Positions 40,990 through 55,260 of a stretch of DNA of 64,000 nucleotides are shown here, piece after piece. Every line of letters starts with the position of its first letter. Position 1 is the first letter of the stretch. The stretch covers positions 94,860,001 through 94,924,000 of the forward strand of contig OX597815.1 in assembly GCA_951406725.2 (NCBI GenBank), given 5' to 3'. A model generated the notes under the pieces. That model was not told the origin of the DNA. It saw nothing but the letters and a program-made list of their open reading frames with translations, and did not search any database. A program made the position numbers and the translations under genes. This DNA comes from Octopus vulgaris. Taxonomy: Eukaryota.

Positions 40990-41853
40990 TATATATACGT
41001 TTATATATTTGTTGTGCAAGATTTTTTTATGTGAAGTCGTGTGTTGAAACAGATATTGTTACATTTCGGAATGGTCATTTTGCCAGTTTAGCCAATAAAA
41101 ACACACGCACTATATATTTGGTGTTATTTTGCTTCAGTGTTATTTATTTTTTACATTAATCTTAATCTTATTTCGGCCAGAGTTCTTTCGTCACACTCCT
41201 GTGACCGCATCAGTGGTCCTTTGTTTTCTTCTTTCTTATCTGGGTCTCTCCTTACTAACCGTCACATGCCTATGCACATATACATACATACATACATACA
41301 TTCATAAATACATACATACATACACACACAATGGAGTGGACGAACGAATGAATGTTCGCTTGACATCAGAAGAGATGGACGCGTCCAGTGGAACTGGATC
41401 ATATAGAACTAAGTCAAAATTTTGTCAAATACATACATACAAAATGGCTGACGATTAGTAAGGAGAGACACAAATAAGAAAGAAGAAAACAAAGGACCAC
41501 TGATGCGGTGACAGAAGTGTGACGAAAGAACTCTTGCCGAAATAAGATTAAGATTAATGTAAAAAATAAATAACACTGAAGCAAAAGAACACCAAATATA
41601 TAGTGCGTGTGTTTTTATTGGCTGCACTGGCAAAATGACCATTCCGAAATATAACAATATGTATATATATATATATATATATTAAGATTAATATATATAT
41701 ATTAAGATTAAGATTAATGTAAAAAATAAATAACACTGAAGCAAAAGAACACCAAATATATAGTGCGTGTGTTTTTATTGGCTAAACTGGCAGAATGACC
41801 ATTCCGAAATATAACAATATGTATATATATATATATATATATATACATATATT

Positions 41854-41887
<34 letters not shown>

Positions 41888-42040
41888 CATGCATATGCAC
41901 ATATACATACATACATACATACATACATACACAGTGGAGTGGACGAACGAATGAAGGTTCGCTTGACATCAGAAGAGATGGACTCGTCCAGTGGAGCTTG
42001 ATTATATAGAACTAAGTCAAACTTTTGTCAAATACATACA
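40990..42040. mobile_element. Rearranged cluster of family P pseudo-LTR pieces with a duplicated ~105-bp spacer
   Basis: P pieces ~40990-41263 (one orientation), 41443-41660 and 41700-41820 (opposite). Spacer GGAGTGGACGAACGAATG..GTCAAATACATAC at ~41333 and ~41935. HHR-like motifs at 41177-41216 (-) and 41497-41536 (+). Confidence 0.8.
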
Positions 42041-43099
42041 TACATACGCGCACGCGCGCGCACACACACATACACATATGATTATCAATGAATAATTTGC
42101 AATTCTAATAACTCATTTCTATCTCTTGTGTCATCTCAAATTGAGTGAAGAGGAAATTATCATGAGAGTCGAAGAAAGAGTTTGAAAACAAGCAAGCAGC
42201 GGAAGAGAAATGGAATGATGTATTTAAAGCAAAATAATAGAAAGAATGGTAAATGATATGGAAATGACAGTAGTGTAAAACAAGGAAAAGAAATGGCTGG
42301 CCCTGGGATCGGATGTGTTGTATTATATCTCAGTCCGAGCATAGGATTCTGTGTATGTTCGTATGTAATTATGCATGTATTTTATAATCATCTGTGAGTA
42401 TGTATATATACACATCTCTGTTGGAATTTAAATCACTAAATAGATATCTATATGCTTGATAATGTTTCCTTTGTAACTTTCTCCACTTATAAAAGCAAAT
42501 TTACTTCCTGTTTTATCTTTAGTTTTAATACCATTATATTATGGGAGTTTATCGGTAATTCAAAGTATCCCTTCCAAAATTGTATGCTTTTATTTCGTTG
42601 TATACGCCAATGATAACGTCTTTATTTAATCTGTTTTCTCTCACGATTTCCTCTTTTCATCCATGCATATGGGCTTCTATTATTAATCTCGTTCTGTCAC
42701 TTCTCTTCCTCTCCCATTACATGTCTTTACAATAAAGTGGACAAAAGCAGCATTTCAATTCACTATTTCTATATTATTCAAAGTTTCCATAATTCTATTA
42801 TAATTCTACTATAATAAAATTATTTTTCATGTTTCTATTGTTACGAATATATTGTATTTTATTATTCCTTCTTGTTAGAAAATGCAATTTTAATATTGTT
42901 GTCATATATTCTTTTAAATCATCATTATCATTTATTTGTATTAGTTTTATTGCGTGCTTTCACTGTACTACCAAGCGCAAATCTGTGTCTTGTGTACGCG
43001 CTGTGTTTTGTTTCGGTTTTGTTACTTGTACTGCATTGAAATTACTGTCGGTAGTTTGTGTACGGTGCGTAACAGTTCAATTTTCTGTACGTTATGCAT

Positions 43100-44810
43100 A
43101 TTTGTAAGATCTGGGGTTGTGGCTATGTACTTATCTGCATATTTATTTGATCATACTCAAAATGCCAGTGGATAGTTTCAGTTTTTAGCTCTCACATCTA
43201 AGTTAGCTATTTACAGATTTGAATATATAGATAATTTTTCTATCTCATTTGGAGATAAATTATCATCTGTTGGAGCTTGTATATCGATTCGAAGGCATTT
43301 CTTTTCCTGGTGCTCCTGATTAGTCAAACTTGAGTTTCCAGCCGGCTATATCACAGAGTATAGTTACTTCACCGTCATATAAACATAGACCTTTTCTGGT
43401 TTGTGCCTATTTTCAATTGTCATTTCATAATTCTGGCATAAGATAGCGTATGTAAGCTCCAAGTCTGTCATGCTTGTAGACGTAAATATTTTTTGGTTAA
43501 AAAGGACACTCAAAGATAATGTCGTTAAGTGCTTCTTCCACATCTCCACATATTCTGGAGTTATTGTTTTCTGCTTCATTGCACTCTGGTAATAGTCTCT
43601 GGGAGGAGACTTTAATGCTCTGCCTATATCAAGAAACTTTCAGTCTCTGGTTTGAGTTCCATGGTTCTCTTGTGACTTCTACTTGTCCAGTACCACCCTG
43701 GTGAACTTATTCTAGAGGCTCTTCTTGCTACCATTTTAAACAGTATTTTGGGGCCCAGTTATAATACAGATAATGTAGATATTAACTATTTCACGATTTC
43801 TCTCGTTGTTTCTCCGTGTTGTTATCGGCTATCATAGACTCTCTTTTGTACAGGGTGGAGCATAAAGATCTACCACGTTGTAAATGAGTATAAAAAGAGA
43901 ACATCACCATGCAGGAACAAATTTATCATGACTCTCTGGGTTATCTCAGGTGGTATTGCGTTGATTTCCTCACGAATCGTTTCTTTCAAATCCCCAGAAG
44001 TTCAAAGACGATGTCGGAAAACTTTTTCTATTAGGTATCCGCAAAGGAAGAAGTCACAAAGTTTAAATCTGGTGACATTGTCGGCCATCCCACCACTCTC
44101 CTCAAAGTTTAGAGTAATTAATTATCAATATGAAAATGGTAGAACCTAAAAAAAAGAGAGAAGTTTCTGAGTTATTAAAAGATGAATGCAGAAATGATAA
44201 ATCTTAGCCTTCCAAATGAAACCTGTCCCGCCTCTATACTTCTACTTACGTCCACACAGTGTCTCCTCCAAATGTGGGAGATCTTTATGTCTCACCCTGT
44301 ATTTACTGTTTACTCTACAGATAGTAAAGAGTTGCCTTGTTCATGTGCTGTAAACACTTGCATTATTTCTTCATGATTCTGTACCAGAAATTTTTATAGT
44401 TCTATGCTTTATACTTTGTAATGTTTTTTTCTTTGTGGTATAAAATCCTTACCACCTTGGTTACATGATAAATATAGTCCTTCAATATTAAATTTTTGCT
44501 GGTGTCTTTTAAATGCTGTCTTTTCTTTGATTTCTTATGCAATCTAGCTAGGCGATTTAATGAGCAGTTGAGAGTATTAAAACTGTAAATTATTACTGGG
44601 CGAGTTAGAGTGTTGATACCTATTGAATTACTTTCTAATTTACCACCATTTTAAGGAATAATCTCATTCGTCTATAATATTCTTTACTAATCTTTTTTTT
44701 CATTTGCATACGTTCTACAATGTCTTAGTCATTCAGTCTTCTGTATGTGCTTGTGTTTATATTAATTTTAACATCAAGGTTTCTTAATCTACTATAGTAT
44801 TAGTGTTCTT
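43100..44810 (-). mobile_element. Old R4/Dong-like remnant interrupted by a mariner MITE
   Basis: RHKPEKV motif (ORF 43364-43579) and HQQKFNIEGLYL..GGK (~44445-44510), both corresponding to parts of the 15541 ORF. Confidence 0.55.
43851..44299. mobile_element. Non-autonomous Tc1/mariner element
   Basis: TIRs CAGGGTGGAGCATAAAGATCTACCAC / GTGGGAGATCTTTATGTCTCACCCTG with TA on both sides. Confidence 0.85.
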
Positions 44811-45257
44811 TGTTTGGTTTATTTCCCTTATCTCGGTTTCCACATCTAACGTAATATTAGTAATTTTACTGTTGATGTTTTTGTTGTTGTCGCTGTCGAC
44901 TTCGTCATTTCACTTCTTAGAGCACTTAGCTAATTCTGTAAGAGCTGACAACCTCTAATCAAGGTTTTCACAAGGACTTCTTACACGAAATATCAGTTCC
45001 AAAATCTTCACTGTCTAAGTAAAGCAATTTTTTCTGAGCATATTCTACCCTCATGTCAATCCTAATGTTTTCAACAAATTTCTCAAACTTGGCTGTTCAT
45101 GCTCTCAGTGCCACTACAACTACTAGGTTGACATTTACTTACTTCATTGCCCACATTTGTGCAATATCACCTTCTATTGGCTTGTACTACTCCATCTTTT
45201 CTAGGTACTTATCATCCACTCGTACATCCCCGGGTATAGCAATATCTCTGACCTTGG

Positions 45258-45470
45258 TAAGACGGCGCGATGGCAGAATCGTTATCGCACCAGGAAAAAT
45301 GTTTAGCGGCATTTCTTCGGACTATATGTTTTGAGTTCAAATGAATCAAATTTGCCTTTCAGCATTTAGGAGTCAATAAATTAAAGAACCAGTTGAACAC
45401 TGAGATCGATGTAATCGTCCTACTCCTCTGCTGAACCTCCTGGCCTTGTGCCAAAATCTGAAACCAGTGT
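45258..45470 (+). mobile_element. SINE family B nested in the LINE endonuclease region
   Basis: Matches 8406-8520; interrupts the ETKII/DIAIP coding stretch. Confidence 0.7.
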
Positions 45471-45579
45471 TTATGATCTTGGTTTCCGTCATCATTTTAT
45501 CGACTAGAAAAATATCTGGTCTTCTAGCACCACTCATTGACTCGCACTGGATTTTAAAATCATGCAAGATCCTATTTCG

Positions 45580-45717
45580 TCAAATACATGCATACAAAAT
45601 GGCTGACGGTTAGTAAGGAGAGACACAAATAAGAAAGAAGAAAACAAAGGACCACTGATGCGGTCACAGGAGTGTGACGAAAGAACTCTGGCCGAAATAA
45701 GATTAAGATTAATGTAA
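45580..45717 (+). mobile_element. Family P fragment with HHR-like motif (45652-45691) inserted in the LINE
   Basis: Near-identical to 41424-41563. Confidence 0.85.
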
Positions 45718-46189
45718 ACGTCTTATTTTCGGTGACACCTCCTGGGTTATGCTCTATTTTAATCTCCTGTTAAGACCTTATTTCTCACGCAATATCTAAT
45801 GCACATGCCTAACTACGTTACCATGTCTTCTTTTGTATCCCTTTTGAGCCAATATGCTACACTCACTCACAGTATGTGAAACTTATTTTTGCTCCAAAGA
45901 GGCAACCCACAACACTTTTCTATTTGGAACTTGGTGTAATTAGTTTTCAGAGCTTGTTCCTGAGCGTTGTATATCAATGCTTCAGTGCACCCTTTTAGAT
46001 TACTATTCCTTAACCACCCCCAGGTGTTAATTTTGTCTTTCCGTTCTATGTCTCTGAGGTATTGCCCATACATCGCTTTCCCTTTTCATTTATTCAATCA
46101 TTTCTCTCCATCTTGATTCTTAATTTTTTTTGTGCGGGGTGCACGTTTTTATTTGGTATTCTATTTCTATTTCTAACAGTAGCAACCAC

Positions 46190-46520
46190 TGCAAAGTCTA
46201 CATCGACGGATTTTGATCTCAAAACCTAAACACGAACGAGATGCGCTAAGCATTTTCCCGGTGGGTAACGATTCTGCCAGCACGTCGCCTAAACAATGAT
46301 AATTACAATGATTTCAAATATTGGCACAACGCCAGCAAGTTTAGGGGAGGGGTAAGTCGATTACATCGATCCCAATGATCAACTGTTATTTACTTTATAA
46401 ACCCCGAAAGGATGAAAAACAAAGGCGAACTCGGCAGATTTTGGACTTAGGACACAAAGAGAGACGATGTGCCGCTAAGCCTTTGCTCGGCGTTATGATG
46501 TATCTGCCAGCTCGCCAGTA
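46190..46520 (-). mobile_element. Two SINE family B copies
   Basis: Reverse-complement matches to the 8406 family (..GATTCTGCCAGC.., ..CTGCCAGCTCGCC). Confidence 0.65.
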
Positions 46521-46602
46521 TACGACGGCGACGACGACTACCACCACCACCACCACCACCACCACCACCACCACCACCACCACCACAACCACCACCATCA
46601 CC

Positions 46603-46634
<32 letters not shown>

Positions 46635-46742
46635 GAACAACAGCAACAACAACAACAACGACAACAACAGCAGGAGCAATAATAATAATGATGGTTTAAA
46701 ATTTTGGTGTTCTAATGATTCTGCCAGCTCGCCGCAAAACCA

Positions 46743-46830
<88 letters not shown>

Positions 46831-46836
46831 TAACAA
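46520..46836. repeat. Compound (ACC)n/(AAC)n/(TAA)n tracts
   Basis: Read directly. Confidence 0.95.
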
Positions 46837-47072
46837 TATATATATATGTTTGTATCTAAAATATTTTAGTTTAATCGATGCTAACCTAAGTTTTGCCTGT
46901 AGGTGCACAGGATCTTCAAAGAAGTTATATCTTAGTGTCGTAACTTGCCTAATGACCTTTGCACACACAGGTGGCAAAATATTGATATAATATATATTAA
47001 TCTGTTCTCTGGTAGTTAGTGCTCTCTTTCCAGCAGTAATGTAGATACATACATAATACATACATACCCTAA

Positions 47073-47123
<51 letters not shown>

Positions 47124-47477
47124 GTTGGGCTTTAAAACATTTCAAATGTAAGCTTGCCCCTTTTCCTTCGCTAGACTAATTCTTTCTGCAACGTATTACT
47201 ATACACACACATGCTATATCTTTTGCAGTCTAGTGTGGTCATCTCCTAAAAAAAAGATGTTCTTTTTTCTCTTTTTCTTTAATTCATTACCTAGAGAACT
47301 ATATGTTCCAGCTTGCTCATGTTGTTCACGTAACCCCTACCAGTCGCCTCCTAACCACCATCTAATCTACCAAAATGCTTGTTTGAGTTGCTTCTTACTG
47401 CAAGGATGTCTCCTTAGGCACCCTCACCCCTGAAAAAGTCAGATCGATCTCCAGAGCTCATCCAACTATATATGTGT

Positions 47478-47790
47478 AAGCCCGCCATTTACATAGATGT
47501 ATAAGGGGTAAATATTTCTACATGCTGCGTTGGATATGATAGTTGTTCGCCTGGTATGTTGTTTTTGTTCATTCATTATATATCTTGAATTATACTTGCA
47601 CTGAGGAGTGAAAAATGCATAACACTGCACTGATTACGAAATCACAGTGTGATATGCAGCTGAATTCTGTTTTTAAATGACTTGTTTCAAGACTTGATTT
47701 CGGTACGATGTTTATTTTAGTTGTTTTAATTTTAAGAGTCCCTCCTGGCGTGTGCCATTTATGTGTAATAATGCCCTCTATATAATATAT
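47478..47790 (+). mobile_element. Family H2 diverged copy
   Basis: The AAGCCCGCCATTT.CATAGATGT start and GTCCCTC...CCCT..ATATAATATA end are shared with 33472-33784. Confidence 0.75.
47596..47659 (+). ncRNA. Type I hammerhead ribozyme motif, canonical core
   Basis: UUGCA-CUGAGGA-GUGA..UGCA(UAACAC)UGCA..UUAC-GAAA-UCAC(AGU)GUGA-UA-UGCAG. Confidence 0.85.
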
Positions 47791-47904
47791 ATAGATATAG
47801 ACATAGATATACATATTGATATATAAATAAATACATACATGTGTGTGTATGTGTGTGTGTGCATGCGTGTAAAATTAAATTTCAATAAGCAAATATAAGT
47901 CCTA

Positions 47905-48180
47905 GCATGGCTGTGTGGTAACTAGCTTCCTTCCCAACCACATGGTTCCGGGTTCAGCCCCCGAACCTTGGGCAAGTGTCTTCTTCTATAACCAAAAGCC
48001 GACCAGAGCATCGTGAGAGCATTTTTTTTTCATTTTCTCTCCATTTTATTTTCCTCTCAATCTTCTCTGTCGAAGTGCGTAAGCTTGAATGGTCAAAGAC
48101 TTTGCCATTCTTCCCAAGCGAAAAACTAATACACCTTCACATGTCTTCGTCTTTTGTTTCCTGTACCTTGAACTATATTT
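47905..48180 (+). mobile_element. SINE family A head followed by an H1-related repeat
   Basis: tRNA-like head to ~48018, then CTGTCGAAGTGCGTAAGCTTGAATGGTCAAAG, similar to 38085. Confidence 0.65.
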
Positions 48181-48270
48181 GTGTGTGTGTGTATATGTGT
48201 GTACATATGTATGTATATATATGAACATATATATATATGTATATATATGTATATGTATATATAAATATAA

Positions 48271-48360
<90 letters not shown>

Positions 48361-48366
<6 letters not shown>

Positions 48367-48589
48367 ATATTTCGGAATGGTCATTTTGCCAGTTTAGCCA
48401 ATAAAAACACACGCACATAATATATTTTTGATGTTATTTTGCTTCAGTGTTATTTATTTTTTACATTAATCTTAATCTTATTTCGACCAGAGTTCTTTCG
48501 TCACACTCCTGTGACCATTCCGAAATATAACAATATCTGTTTCAACACACGACTTCACATAAAAAATCTTGCACAACAAATATATAAAC

Positions 48590-48592
<3 letters not shown>
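48361..48592. mobile_element. Family P fold-back remnant
   Basis: One orientation 48361-48516, then a switch at TGACC into the opposite-strand 3' tail; TA-flanked. Confidence 0.8.
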
Positions 48593-48681
<89 letters not shown>

Positions 48682-49319
48682 AGATGTATATATATGTATA
48701 TATTTTCCTTCCGCGAGCGTCTGTTAATACTTTGCACGTACCACGCCCTCGCGTTGTTGTTTTTTTCTTCTTGCGTTTTTCCTTCGTTTTGGGAGCGGAT
48801 TAATTATGTATATATATTATCACTACTTAAACCCATAAGGACTGGGGTTGGTTTATACGACTAAAAATTCGTCAAGGTGGTGTCTAGCGTGGCTACAATA
48901 TAATGAGTGAAGTAAAAGGTAAAAGGTAAAAAGTATAATACTATATGTGCTCTCCACCCTGTATTGAGTTTTACTTTTCTCCTTTGAAAGGACACGAACA
49001 TTTTTTTCTCTCTTCCTTCGATATATACAGAAATACACGTATATACAGACATGTGTGTGTATATGTGCATGCGTGTGTGCGTATGTGCATGGCTAAATAG
49101 AGGAATGTCTGTGAGTGTGTGCATTGATATACACAAACAACCTTTGAGATCGTCTGAGGATTATGTCGGTGCCTCAAATCTGATTAACGTGAGACATAAA
49201 TTTCTTTGAACTAATAAATGCAATAAAATTACATTTGCTATAGTATGGAGTGCATATTAATTTATCCGTAAAGTTATTGGTAAGTAGAGTTATTTGCAAA
49301 TTTATGTTCCTATACACAT

Positions 49320-49846
<527 letters not shown>

Positions 49847-50417
49847 AGGTATTGGCACACTAGTCACAGTTGCACAAGTTGAGTGTGTGCACGTGTAAGA
49901 GTGTATGATTATAACAATTATGTTTATGGTAAGGTCTTGCGTTCTGAGACTTATAATTTTAAAAAGAGAAAAATTATTTTCAGATGTTAATATTTTTGTC
50001 AATAATTAAGTTTAACAGTTGTGAGGTGATGTGAACATGTCTCATGCTGTGAAGTTAATTAAGAAAGAACTAATAACGATGTAGTAATTGAAATTAGGCA
50101 ACCTTGTGAAGTCTAAGTGTTTGGTTAATGAAACGTCACTATTTAGGAAAAGAAATATACGAATGCAGAGATGAAACGAATTACTTAAAAAAAAACGATA
50201 TTGAATATTTTTGAAGATATTTATTTTTACTTGCTGCCATGGATATACTTATGTACACGCGTATTTGCATGCGCACAAACATACATAGGTACATAGATAC
50301 ATACATAAATACATGGATATATATATATATATGTATATATATATACATACATACATACAAAGATACATACATATACATATATATGTATATATATGCATCT
50401 ATATATACGTGTGTGTT

Positions 50418-50460
<43 letters not shown>

Positions 50461-52699
50461 TACACATATCAATATATCTATGCGTATATACAAAATATAT
50501 ATGTATACATATATGAATATATGCATGTATATATATATGTATGCATATATATATATATAATATATATTTACATATATGCATATATATATATATATATGCG
50601 TGTATATGTATGCGTGTATGTGTTTGTATGTGTGTGTATGTGTGTATATGTGTGTGCATGCTCGTAAGTTTGAAATTCCAAAAGAAAAATATGTACTCAG
50701 TAAATTGTGACTATATTTTGTTGAGCTGAATTTATTACTCCAAGTTTTCACGATTCATCACTGATCACGCAAAGAATCGTGTCAATCGGTGTAGAAACCA
50801 ACTATTCTCAGCACTATGGGTAATATAACACATTGTTTTACTTCCTATTGTGTAAATGCACAAAGATATGTATCTCTGTGCGTGCGTCATTCTTATACTC
50901 TCACTTTACACACACATGCTCACACTCACTTACGCTCAAATGTACACACACATACATTCATTGAGAAAGAACTGAACGTGCGCCTGTAACAATCTCACAA
51001 AATTTCTGCGATGGAATTGACAGATTATGTAACATTTATTGTTAAATGTAAACCACCACACTTCTTTACATAAAATTGAAACTTAATTTGTTCTTCCATA
51101 TTTATGTCAAATATTTGAGGGGAAAAAAGAAAGATAGAAAGAGTGACTGTGTAAGATAGAAAATGAAAGATAGAGATAGAGAAACACATTGAAAGAGTGA
51201 AACAGAACATAATGAGAGTGAGTTGTCTAGGTGATAATGAAAAATGCAAGGAAACCAAATTTACGAGGACAAGAGGTAAAAATATAGCTGTGGCTTATCT
51301 ACACTTTTAACGTAACGCAAACTCGTCTCAGCAGCTTAAACAATTGCAGTCTAACGGCATTTTACGAGCAAAACATGGTTTATGTCGCCGCAGTAGGCTT
51401 TTAATCATTTCTTATGTAGATATATTATATACGCTTTAAGTGAATGCTAGGACAGGAAACATTTCTCTGCTCGAATATTCGGTGTCAATATCGTGACATC
51501 TGAATTTTATTTTGAAGTTAAAATACAAGATTTTTGATAGTGAAGTTCTTGCTTTTTCATGTTTTAAAACATCAACTTTCATTTCTCGATATGAAGGAAA
51601 CTCAAGCAGATATTATTTATCGGTACTTGTCACAAATTAAAATATTCCTGTTTCATCTGCCTTCAAACTTTCAATAAATATAAACTGTTCTGCCCAAACG
51701 CATACAATTTGAAATTATAACGCAGTTTACTGTAGGTATTATTTTGAACGGAAGTACTGTTCATTTCAGCTAGTACGCTTTCGTCACATTTAACAACGAT
51801 TATTTATAAGTACTGTAATAGAGTCAATTTGGGGGCCCCAACGGAGAACTTTTCTCCTAAGCTAATTTTAATCATCCTATAGCACATAGATCAAAGTAGG
51901 CAAAATTCTTTTGTGTTAGGTGTGTGAAGGTTTCGGCGTTGTTGCAAGATTTGAAACCTTTACAATCAGTATATCTACCCCGATTGGTAGATTACGGAGT
52001 TAAGGTCTGATTTTTGCATCCTGAAGATTATAGAAAATAGAAAAAGAGGACTCTTCTTCATCGATACTCCTGCCGGTATGATATAATCTTTATGAATATG
52101 ATTGAAAAGTTTCGTCAAATTCTGTAAATTGTCTATATTGTACTTTCAAGAGATGTGGGGGCAGCGTTTTGGGAATAGTCGAAGGAATGCATATTTTATG
52201 TTTAAGCTACTTCTATATTTTAGCCAACATAAACAACTATTGTGGAACATCATAACGGCTTCAACTAAGAGCAAGCTCTTGCAGAGATGAAAGTTGATCA
52301 TATTAGATGGTGAAACTATGGGCTAAAAACGAGTTGTTGAGAACTTGGGTCATTCAGTGGATGCTTTGAGAAACAATACATGCGTATTAGATGTTACCAC
52401 CAGCATTGCTGGTGATATAATATTATCAGAAAAAGAATGCCGCTTGCAATACTTCGTAGGGCACACGCTAATAAAAGCAAAATTTACCTGCAAACATTTC
52501 ACCTCTACCCCAATGTTCTATGATCGAGGTGTATCATCAATATACGGTGTGTTTCACTGCGATGAGTGTCCTGGTGAGTTACGATGCAACTAATCAGAGA
52601 GTTAACTCCTTGAAAGTGAATCCAAAACACCGAATTCAATTGTCATTGAGCCATACGTACACATATGTAGAATTGTGTCTACATACCTTCACTTAGTAA

Positions 52700-53830
52700 A
52701 GATAAAGCAGATCACGGCATGATGTGTCATAAGCTACGAGACCTTGGCATTACTGGTAAACTGGGAGAGTGGCTGCATGACTTCCTTAATATCAGAAGTC
52801 AGGTAGTTGCAACCAATGTTACCCTTTTTTAAGAAACTCAAATCTTAAGTGGTTTCCCCTAGAGAACTGTTCTGGGGTCATTACTGTTCATAATATCCCT
52901 CTTAGACATGCCCACGGTCATCCAGACAGCTACTGTCACTTGCTATGCCGATGATACAAAATTATCACATGCAATAAAATACCAAGATGACGTCGCAAGC
53001 TTGCAGCGGGACCTGAATTCGATATACAAGTGGGTTGAAATAGACAACATGCAGTTTAATGCCGAAAAATTTCAAGTACCGCACTAGCAACTCACGAATG
53101 CACTACATCCTGCATATACAGCACCCGGAGGTACTACAATCCCGAAGTTACAGGCAGTGAAAGACTTGGGAATCAGTATGTGCAATGATGCATTATGTTA
53201 TATGCATATTACCAAGATGGCAACAAAGTGAAGACAGCTAGCAGGATGGCTACTGAGGTTGTTCAAGACAAGAGTCCAAGAAACCATGTTGACCTTGTAG
53301 AGAACCTTTGTTCACAGCCGCCTGGACAATTTCTCCCAGTTATTGTCACCACATGGTGCCAAACTGATAGTGGAGCTTGAAGCAGTTCAACACCACTACA
53401 CTAAAAAGACTGAAACAGAGCAGCGGATGAGCTACTGGTATAAGATGAGAAAATTGTAATTTTACTCCCAGGAACGAAGGCTTGAGAGATATGCAATAAT
53501 CGACGTATGCAAAATATTAGGTCTACTACTCAATTTCTGCCCTGAGTGTTATACAAATGCCAGAACAGGCCGCCATTGTATTGTACAAAAGATACCATCC
53601 ATCCCATCAAGATTCAGGACCTAGTACTGCAATAGTCAAGGGAGCAAAGGCCCAACAGCTCTTCAATGCCTTGCCACAAAAATGATGAAATCTGTATAAG
53701 GTGGGAGTAAATGTCTTTAAGAAGGAACTAGACGTCCTCCTCTCCACAATACCGGATGAATCAACAACCCCACATGAGGTGCAGACGAGGGCAGCGGAAT
53801 CAAACTCCCTTATACACCAAAAGGGTCAAC
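52700..53830 (+). mobile_element. CR1-group LINE, degenerate RT and 3' end
   Basis: DHGMMCHKLRDLGITGKLGEWLHDFL, SGFP*RTVLGSLLF, CYADDTK, NNMQFNAEK-like and VKDLGI. Confidence 0.85.
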
Positions 53831-53931
53831 AGCTGGGACAAAGGCACATACAGGAGTGGTGATGTGAAGCATCTCAGACAGCAAATCAGAAGGACCACGG
53901 TGGCACTCCAGCGTAACGGCTGCCGAGTAAG

Positions 53932-53964
<33 letters not shown>

Positions 53965-54709
53965 CATATATATTTATATACACATGTATAGGTGTGTAAG
54001 TGCGTATATTTCTATGCGTGTGTCTGTGTATACATACATATATATATATGCGCAGAGAGAGAGAGAGAGAGAGAGAGAAAGAGCGAAGTGTGTTTATCTA
54101 TGTGCATGTGTGTACACAAGTGCATAATTAGATTCTATGCATACAGCAATGCGCAGTGTGTTTCCATAAAGGTAAACTATAATTGTCACTTAATCTGACT
54201 ACATATGTGACTGTATATATAAATATGGATGTATATGCGTATATACTATATATGTCTAAACCACTATTAGTCTACATATATCTTTATATCTAAAGACGGA
54301 TAATGTACGTGCATCTACGCGTGCATATGTATAGAAGTGTGCATGCGTCTCCCCATGATTACACGTCCGTAATGTATGTATTTGTATATGTGTATGTAAA
54401 TATAAATATTTTGTATGCGTATGCATGTATGTATGTATGTGGGTGTATATGTATATATGCATATATGGATAGTTGTGTGTAACTATGCGCATGTGCGTCA
54501 GAGTCAAAATCCATTGATATTGTCGTAAATACGGTGACCAAAAAGCTTTCTGAAATAGATAGAAGAAATAAATATATGAGTGGAATGTGAAGTAGTGAGT
54601 GTGTTATTGTGTTATATTAAGACACTATGCCTCTCCTCAGACACAAAAAAATTTGTTTCAACACACGAATTCTACCAGATGAATAAACGAGGTAAATATA
54701 TACATACAT

Positions 54710-54779
<70 letters not shown>

Positions 54780-55030
54780 TACGGAGATGTACTTGCATGG
54801 CAAGTGACCTGATCTGAGATCGTGTGCTGGAACGAAAACAATTGCAGCGTGGAAGGTGTTTATAAGGCATTTAAGAAACACACACAATCCGTTAGCTTCA
54901 CTTGAACATTTAAATTTAATTTGTCAAAATATTTTTGTCGCTTTGAGACCGCTACTTGTTCCCTGGCAAGATTTCGTGCTGCACGGATTTTTGTCAGTGA
55001 ACAGGTCGCGGACCGTTAAAATCTACAGTT
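54780..55030 (-). mobile_element. Short PLE-like hairpin element with a G3:C8 hammerhead-like motif
   Basis: Inverted arms ~54949-54979 / 54981-55011; TA tract at left; see finding. Confidence 0.55.
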
Positions 55031-55039
55031 TTTTTTACA

Positions 55040-55260
<221 letters not shown>

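Larger units (their letters stand above)
44890..46190 (-). mobile_element. R4/Dong-clade 3' fragment with nested insertions
   Basis: YGQYLRDIE..WGWLRNSNLKGCTEALIYNAQEQALKTN and DFKIQCE..ARRPDIFLVDK; similar to 22685-23680. Confidence 0.82.

Noticed and set aside
49148-49205. CUGAGGA followed by a UUAUGUC/GACAUAA stem
   Set aside because: No GAAA box or cleavage triplet with a stem I partner.
51850-52690. Possible host exon or transposase
   Set aside because: Short ORFs with no recognisable motif or convincing splice context.
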